A program made the translations under genes and the position numbers. The notes under the pieces are model-generated. The model was not told where the DNA came from. It did not search any database and worked only from the letters and a program-made list of their open reading frames with translations. A stretch of 43,960 nucleotides of DNA. Source: Caldisericota bacterium. Its GTDB lineage: Bacteria > Caldisericota > Caldisericia > JAAYUI01. Positions 17,738 to 27,475 of this stretch are shown in pieces; position 1 is the stretch's first letter; every line of letters begins with the position of its first letter. The stretch lies in the NCBI GenBank assembly GCA_029548865.1, contig JAKPMO010000022.1, forward strand, positions 1-43,960, given 5' to 3'.

Positions 17738-18601
17738 ATGAAAAGCGTCCTGGTCACAGCCGATGATTTTGGATTCACAAAATCTGTTACAGATGGTGTT
17801 CTAAAGGCACATGACGAAGGAATCGTAACCCACACAGGCTTGATGGTCAACATGCCAGATGCCCAAAGAGCGGTTGAGTTGGCAAAATTAAGGCCTTCGC
17901 TTTCTGTAGGACTCCATTTCAATCTGACCCAGGGCAAGCCCATCTCAGACCCAAAACTTATACCAAGCCTCGTCCGTGAAAATGGTGAATTCAAAGGACT
18001 TTCACTCTGGTATCCGCGAAGAGCCAACCCAAAAGACATCGAAGTAGAGCTCAGGGCCCAAATCGAAAAATTCATGTCATTTGGTTTCGACAAAATCCAC
18101 ATTGATGGCCACCATTATGTAACTTTCATACCTAACATCCTCGAGATTGTTATCAAGCTATCAGAAGAATACCCAATAATGTCAACGAGAATGATTGACC
18201 CAGGCATGATCAAAAAGGGTGTAAAAAGAAAAATTATTGGTTTTTCAATACTTTGCCTTGGATCAAAATTTGTATTTGGTCTTGGAAGATACATCAAGTT
18301 CTGGCTAAAAAAGCTTGAAGAAGCAGGGCTTGTTTATCCTGATGCTTTGGTTTCATGGGAGCTTTTTGGCGAGTCCGATTGCGAAGCATCACTTTTAAAA
18401 AGCCTTGCAACACTTGGCGATGGTATTACGGAAATTTTCGGGCACCCTGGTCTGGTTGATGAAGAACTCCTTGGCATATCAACATATACCGACATAAGGG
18501 AAAGGGAGCTCGCAGCTTTCACATCAGCAAGGGTGAAAGATGCCATCACACAATCAGATACTGAACTCATAAACGCTTTCTGCTTGGGAGGCCATCTATG
18601 A
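17738..18601 (+). CDS. ChbG/HpnK (YdjC) family carbohydrate deacetylase
   Basis: VTADDFG, VGLHFNLT.GKP, ELRAQIE, HIDGHH, HPG. Confidence 0.9.
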   Translation: MKSVLVTADDFGFTKSVTDGVLKAHDEGIVTHTGLMVNMPDAQRAVELAKLRPSLSVGLHFNLTQGKPISDPKLIPSLVRENGEFKGLSLWYPRRANPKDIEVELRAQIEKFMSFGFDKIHIDGHHYVTFIPNILEIVIKLSEEYPIMSTRMIDPGMIKKGVKRKIIGFSILCLGSKFVFGLGRYIKFWLKKLEEAGLVYPDALVSWELFGESDCEASLLKSLATLGDGITEIFGHPGLVDEELLGISTYTDIRERELAAFTSARVKDAITQSDTELINAFCLGGHL

Positions 18602-19593
18602 AAATTGGGCCAATAGGAATCCATCTTGGTGACCAAAGAATAAAGATAGCTCAGGTTGCATCTGACAAAGACAGAATACAGATAATCGAGATGGTGTCCC
18701 TGCCAACCCCGGAAGGTTCGATTATTCAAGGTTTCGTGAAGGCACCAAGGGTAGCGGCAGATGCAATCATGAGGGCCATATCCGAATCAAAATTCAATGG
18801 AAGAAAAGCTGTAATAGCCCATCCCACCGAAATCCTAAAGGTCCACACAATGACGGTCCAGGACAGTGCAGAGCTCGACAAAGCCATCTCGACAAAACTC
18901 TCCCAGATGTCTTTTGAGCAACCAGAAGAACTCATATTCGACTACAAAATTGCTGCAAGGGAGAATGGAAGGGTAAAGGCAATTGTCGCAATAACAAACA
19001 AAAAACATGTGCAAAAGATCCAGGAGTTGGCCACACAGTCAAAACTGACCCTTGGTGGAACCGACCTGGAAATGCTTTCAACCTACAGAGTGGTTGCAGG
19101 AACATACAGGACACCTGATACACCAACTGTTATCGCAATGCTCTCCGATCAGAATGTCAAACTGGCTCTTTTCTGCGAAAGGGTGCTGTCGTATGTAAAA
19201 ACAACCGATCTTCAGTCATCACAGGCCAAAAGCGACCCAAAGCAGCTATCGTCCGAGATTGGAAAATTCCTTGGCGAATACAGAAAAACAAACCTTCTGA
19301 CAGGGGAACCGGTCATTTTCCTTGCTGGACTGCCGGAGCCAAGCTTTGAAATGGAAAAAGCTGTTTGGGAGGAACTTGACAGCCGAACAACATCTGTGAG
19401 ATGGTCGGAGGCTTTTTCGCTTTCACCAACTTACAACAATTTTGGCGAACTGACCACCCGTTTTGGTGCCTTCTGCTGTGCAATCGGACTTTCACTCTCC
19501 GACATGCAACTTCCACAAAGTTTTAAAAGCCCCATCATTCCTGATGTGAGGCAACCCGGATACACTCCAGATCTTCTAAAATTCGAGGGCTGA
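18598..19593 (+). CDS. PilM-like actin-fold protein (divergent)
   Basis: IGIHLG...IKIAQ, LPTPEGSI..G.V, ELIFDY, IFLAG, AIGLSL match the PilM pattern. Confidence 0.7.
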   Translation: MKIGPIGIHLGDQRIKIAQVASDKDRIQIIEMVSLPTPEGSIIQGFVKAPRVAADAIMRAISESKFNGRKAVIAHPTEILKVHTMTVQDSAELDKAISTKLSQMSFEQPEELIFDYKIAARENGRVKAIVAITNKKHVQKIQELATQSKLTLGGTDLEMLSTYRVVAGTYRTPDTPTVIAMLSDQNVKLALFCERVLSYVKTTDLQSSQAKSDPKQLSSEIGKFLGEYRKTNLLTGEPVIFLAGLPEPSFEMEKAVWEELDSRTTSVRWSEAFSLSPTYNNFGELTTRFGAFCCAIGLSLSDMQLPQSFKSPIIPDVRQPGYTPDLLKFEG

Positions 19594-19594
19594 A

Positions 19595-20266
19595 ATGGAT
19601 ACATTTTCCCAGGCAAAAGAATTGCTTATTTTTGCATTATTAATTATTGTTCCATACATTATTGGCTCAATTCCATTCGGGCTCCTGATAGGTCTGGCTT
19701 TTGGAATTGATATAAGAGGCAAAGGTTCCGGAAATATAGGTGCAACAAATGTACAAAGGACCCTTGGGTGGTTTCCGGGTCTTGCATCATGGATACTCGA
19801 TACCGCAAAAGGCTTTTTTCCCGTTTATTTGACCAGCTATATGCTTGAGAACAATTTTTTTGGACAAGAATTCGCTGGAGCCAGCACAGGGTGGCCAATC
19901 GCCCTCGTTGGGTTAGCTGTGATTGCCGGCCACTGCTGGTCGGTTTTCCTGAAATTCAGGGGTGGCAAAGGGGTTTCAACAACATTAGGCGTTGTAATGG
20001 CACTCGACTGGAAAATAGGAATCGCCTGCTTTATTTTGTGGGTAATTATTGTCGCTTTGACAAGATATGTAAGTGTTGCATCAATGATCACTGCCATTTT
20101 GATGCCATTTGGTTTTATTTTTCTGGGGGCAGATCCTATTTTTTGGGTCCTCTGTTTTGCAATCGCAATTATTATTGTCGTCAAACACCAAGATAACATA
20201 AAAAGATTGAGGGAAGGGACAGAAAACAAGTTTGGTTCTGGGAGGAACAGTGCTCATAAGAGTTGA
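19595..20266 (+). CDS. plsY: Glycerol-3-phosphate acyltransferase
   Basis: GSIPFG, DIR..GSGNIGATNV.R, GHCWSVFLKFRGGKGV, KHQDNIKRL. Confidence 0.95.
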   Translation: MDTFSQAKELLIFALLIIVPYIIGSIPFGLLIGLAFGIDIRGKGSGNIGATNVQRTLGWFPGLASWILDTAKGFFPVYLTSYMLENNFFGQEFAGASTGWPIALVGLAVIAGHCWSVFLKFRGGKGVSTTLGVVMALDWKIGIACFILWVIIVALTRYVSVASMITAILMPFGFIFLGADPIFWVLCFAIAIIIVVKHQDNIKRLREGTENKFGSGRNSAHKS

Positions 20267-20903
20267 TCCACAAAACCCGAAAGAATCCATGATAAAGGCA
20301 GCTTCAGGAATGGCCTCGATGGGTGAACTGATAATTTTCCCAACTGACACAATTTACGGAATAGGGACATCCTCCTACTCGCAAGCTGGTGTAATGAGAC
20401 TCTTTGCCAGCAAGAAAAGGTCACAGACAAAACCACTTGGCGTTTTTATGTCTGGTATTGGTCAACTAGTTGAACATTGCGTAATTTCTGAAGCCCAAGA
20501 GCGCTTCCTGTCATCAATCTGGCCTGGGCCTGTGACATGCGTGTTCCTGAGGCAGCCAAAAAGCATGATGCTCACTACGCCACTCAAAACACAACCACCG
20601 ACTGTGGCAGTAAGGATACCCGACAACCTCGTATGCAAAATGCTCGTGGGACTTCTTGGGCACCCTTTGCTTCAAACCTCTGTCAACATCTCGGGTCTTC
20701 CACACGGGTCACACAATGAGTTGTTGTATTACTATGAACGCTTTGCTGATGCGATGATTGATGGCGGGCCTGAGAAAGAATCTTTGCCATCCACGGTAAT
20801 CAACCTGTCCGGGCCAGATGCAAAACTGGTGCGTGAGGGTTCTGTTTCATGGGAATCGCTTAAATCAAAGCTGTTGGAGTTTGGGATAGGAGCAATAGAC
20901 TAA
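20250..20903 (+). CDS. tsaC: L-threonylcarbamoyladenylate synthase (YrdC/TsaC domain only)
   Basis: PTDTIYG, KKR...KPL, WPGP.T, VAVRIP, TSVNISG, PSTVI; GGAGG RBS before GTG 20250. Confidence 0.88.
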   Translation: MLIRVDPQNPKESMIKAASGMASMGELIIFPTDTIYGIGTSSYSQAGVMRLFASKKRSQTKPLGVFMSGIGQLVEHCVISEAQERFLSSIWPGPVTCVFLRQPKSMMLTTPLKTQPPTVAVRIPDNLVCKMLVGLLGHPLLQTSVNISGLPHGSHNELLYYYERFADAMIDGGPEKESLPSTVINLSGPDAKLVREGSVSWESLKSKLLEFGIGAID

Positions 20904-20939
20904 CCTTTAGGAATTTCTTCAGCAACACGCCTGCATGCC

Positions 20940-20967
20940 TTGCATATTGCGCTGACGGGACTATCAT
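20940..20967 (+). promoter_or_regulatory. Sigma70-type promoter of the rpiB-glyA operon
   Basis: TTGCAT, 16 bp, TATCAT, 9 nt before ATG 20977. Confidence 0.55.
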
Positions 20968-20976
20968 TTTTCTAGT

Positions 20977-21438
20977 ATGGAACACCCAATAATAGCTATC
21001 GGCAGCGACCATGCCGGCTGGCAGCTCAAGGAGTTGTTAAAGCCGATATTGACCCAGTCAGGATACCACGTGATTGATTGCGGTCCAAATTCCAAAGATT
21101 CCGTAGACTACCCAGATTATGCCCAGCTTGTTGGCCAAGAAGTAAGTATCGGCCATGCCGATCTTGGTATTCTGGTTTGCGGGACAGGAACCGGAATGGC
21201 CATAGCTGCCAACAAAATAAGGGGCATAAGGGCAGCCAACTGCACAAACACAACCCAGTCAAAGCTATCCAGAGAACACAATGATGCGAACATTCTCTGC
21301 TTGGGTTCAAGAATAGTCGGAGATGAACTGGCAATCGACATAGTAAAATCATTCCTCCAGGCAACATTCCTTGGTGATAGGCATGCCAGGAGGGTAAACA
21401 AAATAAAATCATTGGAGGAAGCAGATGACAGAGCTTAA
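20977..21438 (+). CDS. rpiB: Ribose 5-phosphate isomerase B
   Basis: GSDHAG, DYPD, CGTG.G...ANK, REHNDAN, RH.RRV. Confidence 0.95.
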   Translation: MEHPIIAIGSDHAGWQLKELLKPILTQSGYHVIDCGPNSKDSVDYPDYAQLVGQEVSIGHADLGILVCGTGTGMAIAANKIRGIRAANCTNTTQSKLSREHNDANILCLGSRIVGDELAIDIVKSFLQATFLGDRHARRVNKIKSLEEADDRA

Positions 21439-22675
21439 TAGGCTGGATCCAGATGTAGCAAAACATCTTGAATTGGAACTTGACAGGCAAAGAGAAAACA
21501 TCGAACTCATTGCATCAGAAAACTTCGTTTCCAAGGCAGTGCTTGAGGCACTGGGTTCGATTGCAACAAACAAATATGCTGAGGGCTACCCGGGAAAAAG
21601 ATACTATGGTGGCTGCGAGTTCCTTGATGTAGTGGAGCAGCTGGCCATCGACAGGGCAAAGGAACTTTTTGCGTCCGATATGGCAAACGTCCAGCCACAC
21701 TCCGGGGCCCAGGCAAACCTTTCCGCCTATTTCTCCATCCTCGAACCTGGTGACACAATCATGGGAATGAACCTTTCCCACGGAGGACACCTCACCCACG
21801 GTCACCCGCTTTCGATTTCGGGAAGGTATTTCAAGGTAGTCCCGTATGGGGTCAATGAATCCACAGAAACAATCGACTACGATGAAATGGAGAAGATTGC
21901 AAGTGAAGCAAAACCAAAGGTAATAGTTGCTGGTGCCTCGGCTTACCCACGTTTCATCGATTTCGAGAGAATTTCCAGAATTGCAAAATCAGTCGGCGCA
22001 TACCTCATGGTCGATATGGCACACATCGCTGGCCTGGTGGCAACAAATCTCCACCCATCACCAGTCCCACATGCCGACATTGTCACATCGACAACCCACA
22101 AGACCCTGAGAGGGCCAAGGGGTGGTCTTATTGTTGCAAAAAAAGAACTTTCAAAGGAAATCAACAAGGCTGTGTTCCCTGGAATCCAGGGCGGGCCACT
22201 CATGCACGTCATTGCCGCAAAAGCTGTATGTTTCAAAGAAGCTGCACAACCAGAATTCAAGACATATCAGGAACAAGTCCTCAAAAACGCAAAAACACTG
22301 GCCAGATCACTCCAGGGAATGGGCCTGAGGATCGTTTCTGGTGGAACAGACAACCACCTGATGCTAGTTGATCTGAGGAGCAAAGGTCTCTCTGGTGCCG
22401 AGGCCGAATCACTCATGGAATCCATCCACATAACAATCAACAAGAACTCGATACCATTTGATACTGCACCACCTCTCAAGCCATCAGGCATCAGGCTTGG
22501 CACCCCGGCCGTCACAACAAGGGGCATGAAGGAACCAGAGATGGAGCAGATAGCAAATATCATCGGAAGGGTCCTGACACACAAGGACGACACAAAAGTA
22601 ATCGAGCAGGCAAAAACGGAAGTTTCTGAGCTGACTAAACGCTTCCCGCTCTACCAGGGGCTTTCTTACCTTTAA
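21425..22675 (+). CDS. glyA: Serine hydroxymethyltransferase
   Basis: [42 protein letters not shown]. Confidence 0.98.
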   Translation: MTELNRLDPDVAKHLELELDRQRENIELIASENFVSKAVLEALGSIATNKYAEGYPGKRYYGGCEFLDVVEQLAIDRAKELFASDMANVQPHSGAQANLSAYFSILEPGDTIMGMNLSHGGHLTHGHPLSISGRYFKVVPYGVNESTETIDYDEMEKIASEAKPKVIVAGASAYPRFIDFERISRIAKSVGAYLMVDMAHIAGLVATNLHPSPVPHADIVTSTTHKTLRGPRGGLIVAKKELSKEINKAVFPGIQGGPLMHVIAAKAVCFKEAAQPEFKTYQEQVLKNAKTLARSLQGMGLRIVSGGTDNHLMLVDLRSKGLSGAEAESLMESIHITINKNSIPFDTAPPLKPSGIRLGTPAVTTRGMKEPEMEQIANIIGRVLTHKDDTKVIEQAKTEVSELTKRFPLYQGLSYL

Positions 22676-23622
22676 TGTCCAAACCATTGCTGGCTTTCCT
22701 CATATCGCTTGGGCTTGCGGTCATCTTGACCCCACTGGCGATGATATTTGGGAGGAAGGTTGGCATAACAGACAAGGTAGGAGATACAACCCCCAGTGGG
22801 CAAACCAAGATAACAAAAAAACCGACCGCTCGTACGGGTGGTCTGGCACTTATTTTCGCAATATTACTACCATTCCTGTTTCTAAATCTCCCATCATCAA
22901 AAGCCATTGGCATTACTGGTGGGGCAGTAATTATTTTCATAGTAATGTTTCTTGATGATATCTACGGGCTTGGACCAATCCCAAAACTCCTTGGGCAACT
23001 GGCTGCTGCAACTGCTGCCATCTTCGGGGGATTGAGAATTGGATATCTGACAAATATCTTCGGTCAGGGATGGCTAAACCTTGAATGGCTCTCGATACCA
23101 CTCACCTATTTCTGGATACTGACCGTCACAAACGCCATGAATTTTATTGACGGACTTGATGGTCTGGCAGCTGGGATAACCGTCATTGCAACAATAGCAT
23201 CGGCTTTCTCTTCAAGCTCAAGGGGGATATTTCCACCAACAATCCTTCTTGCATCAATTGCTGGCGGAGCACTCGGGTTTCTTCCTTTCAATTTTAAGCC
23301 GGCAAAAATCTTCATGGGTGATTCTGGTGCCCATCTTATAGGGTTTCTTATAGCAACAGCTACCATCTGGGGAACATCAAAGGCTACATCTGCAGTCGTC
23401 ATTGGCGTAGCAATACTCTGCCTTGGTGTCCCAATGTTTGATGTCTTCTTTTCTGCCATAAGAAGAATTCTAAGTGGAAAATCTCCACTGAAGGGCGATA
23501 TGGACAATATCCACTACATCCTCGTCAAAAAAGGGTGGAGTGAAACTTCCGTCGTCTTGGTTTTTTACCTTATCACAGCGATATTATCTGCAATCGCACT
23601 CTCATTCACAGCTCTGAGGTGA
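22675..23622 (+). CDS. tagO: Undecaprenyl-phosphate GlcNAc-1-phosphate transferase (TagO/WecA, MraY family)
   Basis: FLDD, NAMNFIDGLDGL, PAKIFMGDSG; multi-TM; upstream of wecB. Confidence 0.85.
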   Translation: MSKPLLAFLISLGLAVILTPLAMIFGRKVGITDKVGDTTPSGQTKITKKPTARTGGLALIFAILLPFLFLNLPSSKAIGITGGAVIIFIVMFLDDIYGLGPIPKLLGQLAAATAAIFGGLRIGYLTNIFGQGWLNLEWLSIPLTYFWILTVTNAMNFIDGLDGLAAGITVIATIASAFSSSSRGIFPPTILLASIAGGALGFLPFNFKPAKIFMGDSGAHLIGFLIATATIWGTSKATSAVVIGVAILCLGVPMFDVFFSAIRRILSGKSPLKGDMDNIHYILVKKGWSETSVVLVFYLITAILSAIALSFTALR

Positions 23623-23629
23623 CACACAA

Positions 23630-24736
23630 ATGAAAGTCCTAACAATTTTTGGAACAAGACCAGAGGCCATCAAGATGGCCCCGCTGGTAAAATTGCTCAA
23701 AAATACTAACGGCTTTGAGGCCAAGGTGGTCGTTACTGCACAGCACAGGGAAATGCTCGATCAGGTGTTAAATTTATTTGAGATAACGCCTGACTATGAC
23801 CTCAACATCATGAAAAAAACACAAAGCCTGACCGAGATAACAACCAAGGCTCTGATTGGTCTCGAGGAAATACTTGGAAAAGAGCTCCCAGACATGGTCC
23901 TTGTTCATGGTGACACAACAACAACTTTTGTGGGTGCGCTGGCAGCTTTCTATCAAAGGCCTTCCATCCCCTGTGGACACGTTGAGGCTGGTCTAAGAAG
24001 CTACGACATGCAAAACCCCTTTCCGGAAGAGGGCAACAGACTGCTCACAGATCACATTTGCGGACTCCATTTTGCCCCAACAGAGCTTTCAAAACAGAAC
24101 CTCATGAAAGAGGGTATCCCAGAGGGCACGATCTTTGTGACCGGCAACACTGTTGTCGATGCACTCCAGCAAATCAAAGTGATGAGCAAAAACATGCCGC
24201 TCCCTTTTGAAGTAAAAGAAGGGGAGAGAATCATAACAGTAACGATGCACAGAAGAGAAAGCTGGGGCAAGCCACTGGAAAATGTCTGCATGGCAATCCT
24301 GAGGCTTGTCAGGGAATTCCCCGATGTGCACTTTGTCTTCCCATGGCACCCAAACCCAAAAGTCAGGGGCATAATATCCCCAATCCTGTCAGGTGTTGAA
24401 AGAGTCAGCCTTGTTGAGCCGCTTGACTATAAAGACTTCATAAACCTTATGGGCAAGTCATATCTTGTAATGTCTGATTCAGGGGGAATTCAGGAAGAGG
24501 CGGCATCACTTGAGGTACCAGTCCTTCTTCTGAGATTTGTTACAGAACGCCCTGAAGCAATATCCTGTGGTATAGTCAAGCTAGTAGGGACAAAAGAAGA
24601 GGATGTTTACAATAATGCCTCTGAACTCCTCACCGACAAAGCCAAGAGAGCAAAGATGATACCAAGCTCAAATCCTTTTGGTGATGGCCATGCATGCGAG
24701 AGGATCAGGGACCATCTCATCACATACGGGAGGTGA
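23630..24736 (+). CDS. wecB: UDP-N-acetylglucosamine 2-epimerase (non-hydrolysing)
   Basis: FGTRPEAIKMAP, AQHREMLDQ, HGDT, HVEAGLRS, DSGGIQEEA, TERPE. Confidence 0.96.
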   Translation: MKVLTIFGTRPEAIKMAPLVKLLKNTNGFEAKVVVTAQHREMLDQVLNLFEITPDYDLNIMKKTQSLTEITTKALIGLEEILGKELPDMVLVHGDTTTTFVGALAAFYQRPSIPCGHVEAGLRSYDMQNPFPEEGNRLLTDHICGLHFAPTELSKQNLMKEGIPEGTIFVTGNTVVDALQQIKVMSKNMPLPFEVKEGERIITVTMHRRESWGKPLENVCMAILRLVREFPDVHFVFPWHPNPKVRGIISPILSGVERVSLVEPLDYKDFINLMGKSYLVMSDSGGIQEEAASLEVPVLLLRFVTERPEAISCGIVKLVGTKEEDVYNNASELLTDKAKRAKMIPSSNPFGDGHACERIRDHLITYGR

Positions 24737-24738
24737 CA

Positions 24739-26031
24739 ATGGAATCTTTCGTCGTAAAAGGTGGCAAAAAACTCAGCGGTAAGGTACAGATCTCCGGTGC
24801 CAAAAATGCCGTAATGCCAATCATAACGGCATGTGCGATGGTTGGCGGAGAAGTCATCCTCCATAATGTACCTGATTCAATTGATCCGCTCACTTTGCTG
24901 GATGTGATGAAAAAGCTTGGCATGAAAATCAAGCAACTCTCACCCGGAACATGGTCTCTCTCATCAAATGGTGACCTGAAATCGGTTGTCGAGGGTGCTC
25001 AAACAGAGAAAATAAGAGGCAGCCAGACCCTTTTGGGCGCCATACTGGCCAGAAAAGGTGAAGTGACCCTCCAGGCACTCGGCGGGTGCAGGATAGGCGC
25101 AAGGCCAATTGATCTTCACATCAAAGGCCTGAAAGCTCTTGGTGCCGAAGTGGAAATGGTAAAGGGCTCAGTTTTCGCAAAAGTAAACGGAAGGCTTAAA
25201 GGGGCAAATATATTTCTTGATTTTCCCTCGGTAGGTGCAACAGAAAACATAATGCTTGCGGCATCAACAGCAGATGGGCAAACAATAATAGAAAATGCCG
25301 CTGCAGAGCCGGAGATTGAAGACTTGGCAAAATTCCTCAGGCTGTGCGGTGCAAAAATATCAGGCGATGGAACAAAAACAATCCAGATTGAGGGTGTTGA
25401 GTCATTGAAGGGTACCCACCATTCAATAATACCGGACAGGATAGAAACCGGGACTTTCATGATTGGAGCAGTAATGGCTGGTGGAGATGTTCTCATCGAG
25501 CAAGCACTGCCATCAACTGTCGATTCCTTAATTTTCAAGCTCCAGGAGGCAGGGGTAATCGTAAGAATTGAAAACCACACATCAATAAGGATCAGAAACA
25601 CGTCCAGGCCTAAAGCTATAAACATAAAAACATTGCCATATCCAGGCTTTCCAACCGACCTACAACCACAGACAACCGCAATGTGCTCGATTGCTGATGG
25701 TGTTTCAGTGATTTCCGAATCAGTTTTTGAAAGCAGGTTTGGCGCAGTTCCTGAACTTGTAAGAATGGGTGCCGAGATACAGGCAGAAGGTCATTCGGTC
25801 ATTGTCAAAGGTGTTGAAAAACTCCAGGGGACCGAGGTGATTGCTCCCGATTTAAGAGGTGCCGTTGCACTTGTTCTGGCAGGACTCTGTGCAGAAGGAA
25901 CAACAAAAGTTGTTGGGGCACACCACGCCGACAGGGGATATGAAAAGTTCGAGATGAAGCTAAAGGGAATCGGCGCCGATATCGAAAGGGTGACCGAAAA
26001 CCAATCTAATCAGCATCCGGAGGAACAATGA
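24739..26031 (+). CDS. murA: UDP-N-acetylglucosamine 1-carboxyvinyltransferase
   Basis: GAKNA, GGCRIGARPIDLH (catalytic Cys retained), SVGATEN, DRIE, PGFPTDLQ, DLRG, DRGYE; GGAGGTG RBS. Confidence 0.96.
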   Translation: MESFVVKGGKKLSGKVQISGAKNAVMPIITACAMVGGEVILHNVPDSIDPLTLLDVMKKLGMKIKQLSPGTWSLSSNGDLKSVVEGAQTEKIRGSQTLLGAILARKGEVTLQALGGCRIGARPIDLHIKGLKALGAEVEMVKGSVFAKVNGRLKGANIFLDFPSVGATENIMLAASTADGQTIIENAAAEPEIEDLAKFLRLCGAKISGDGTKTIQIEGVESLKGTHHSIIPDRIETGTFMIGAVMAGGDVLIEQALPSTVDSLIFKLQEAGVIVRIENHTSIRIRNTSRPKAINIKTLPYPGFPTDLQPQTTAMCSIADGVSVISESVFESRFGAVPELVRMGAEIQAEGHSVIVKGVEKLQGTEVIAPDLRGAVALVLAGLCAEGTTKVVGAHHADRGYEKFEMKLKGIGADIERVTENQSNQHPEEQ

Positions 26032-27245
26032 TAGATTTCGAATACACTTCAGAGCAAAACATGGTGGCAAAGATGGTCAGAGAGCTTGCGGCAAGAGAAT
26101 TTGCACCGCACATTAAGGAATGGGACGAAAAAGCAATTTTCGATCCTGGAGTTTTACCAAAACTGGCCGAGCAAGGCATTTTGGGACTCTCCACTCCCGA
26201 AAAATATGGTGGGGCAGGTTTTGATTATGTTTCATTGGGGCTTGCCTGCGAGGAACTGGAATATGTAGACACAGCTCTTCGCGTCATTCTCTCCGTGCAT
26301 ATCGGACTGGTCACACTCCCAATACTTACTTGGGGCAATGAAAAACAAAGGACAAAATATCTGCCAGACCTCGCTTCCGGAAAAAGAATAGGTGCATTTG
26401 GGCTCACAGAACCAAACGCCGGTTCGGATGTTGTTGCGCTTGAAACAAAAGCCGAAAAAGATGGTGATGGTTGGCTTATTTCCGGCGAGAAGATGTGGAT
26501 TTCCCTTGCAGATGTTGCTGATACTTTCCTAGTCTTTGCATGGACTGACCAGGACAAAAGAAAAAAGAGAGACCACTCCGGCATTTCAGCTTTTGTTATT
26601 GAAAGAGGAATGCCAGGCATCACAACTGCCTCAATCCACGGCAAGCTCGGCGTCAGGGCTGGGAACACCGGCTCGATCTCGATGGACAGGGTCAAGGTTG
26701 GACCAGAGCATGTCCTCGGCGAAGTTGGTGAAGGATTCAAGATAGCCATGTTCTGCCTCGATCAGGGCAGATTTACTGTCGGTTGGGGTGCAACCGGCCT
26801 CGTTAAAGCGTGCCTTGATGCTTCTGTCTCCTATGCCCTGTCCAGGGTCACTTTTGGAGTGCCAATCGGCCACCATCAATTAATAAAAGAGATGATCGGG
26901 AATATGAAGGTAAACTACGAGGCAAGCAGATTGCTGAATCTGCAGGCCGCATGGATGAAGAACAAGGGCTTGAGGTGCACAAAAGAAACTGCGCAGGCAA
27001 AATGGTTTGCCTGCAACGCATCAGAAAAATCGGCCTCAGATTGCGTCCAGATCCACGGTGCATACGGCTTCTCCAATGAATTTCCGGCAGAGAGGTTCTA
27101 CAGGAATGCAAAAGGCGCTGTCATTTATGAAGGCGCAAGGGAAATCCAGGCGCTTATGGCCGCAGATTATGCTCTTGGTTTCAGGACAGACAAACCAACC
27201 AGAAAATCACTCCCACCACACCCATACCCAGAAAACTGGCAGTAA
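26028..27245 (+). CDS. Acyl-CoA dehydrogenase (substrate uncertain)
   Basis: FGLTEPNAGSD, GEKMWIS, KLG.RA, QIHGAYG, IYEG. Confidence 0.9.
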   Translation: MIDFEYTSEQNMVAKMVRELAAREFAPHIKEWDEKAIFDPGVLPKLAEQGILGLSTPEKYGGAGFDYVSLGLACEELEYVDTALRVILSVHIGLVTLPILTWGNEKQRTKYLPDLASGKRIGAFGLTEPNAGSDVVALETKAEKDGDGWLISGEKMWISLADVADTFLVFAWTDQDKRKKRDHSGISAFVIERGMPGITTASIHGKLGVRAGNTGSISMDRVKVGPEHVLGEVGEGFKIAMFCLDQGRFTVGWGATGLVKACLDASVSYALSRVTFGVPIGHHQLIKEMIGNMKVNYEASRLLNLQAAWMKNKGLRCTKETAQAKWFACNASEKSASDCVQIHGAYGFSNEFPAERFYRNAKGAVIYEGAREIQALMAADYALGFRTDKPTRKSLPPHPYPENWQ

Positions 27246-27260
27246 GAACCAATAATACAG

Positions 27261-27303
27261 CCCCCGTTTCTTCACAGAATTCATAGAAGCGGGGGATTTT
27301 TTT
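27261..27303 (+). terminator. Rho-independent terminator
   Basis: CCCCCGTTTCT...AGAAGCGGGGG stem followed by a T7 tract, 15 nt after the stop codon. Confidence 0.8.
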
Positions 27304-27475
27304 GAAAACCTTTTTATAGAATTCCTCAAAAACATTTCAAAAAATCTTTGCTATTTCAAAGAAAAACTATTCCAATAATTCCAATTTGTGAATTCTATTA
27401 ACAAGAAAGTGATTGATTTCCAATTTTAAAGTATAGAATCAATTCCTTCGAACAATTGTATAAAGGAGATGAAAA

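Noticed and set aside
23490..23520. TagO HxHH motif appears as NIHY
   Set aside because: This motif varies among TagO/WecA homologues and the other catalytic motifs are intact; too weak to claim
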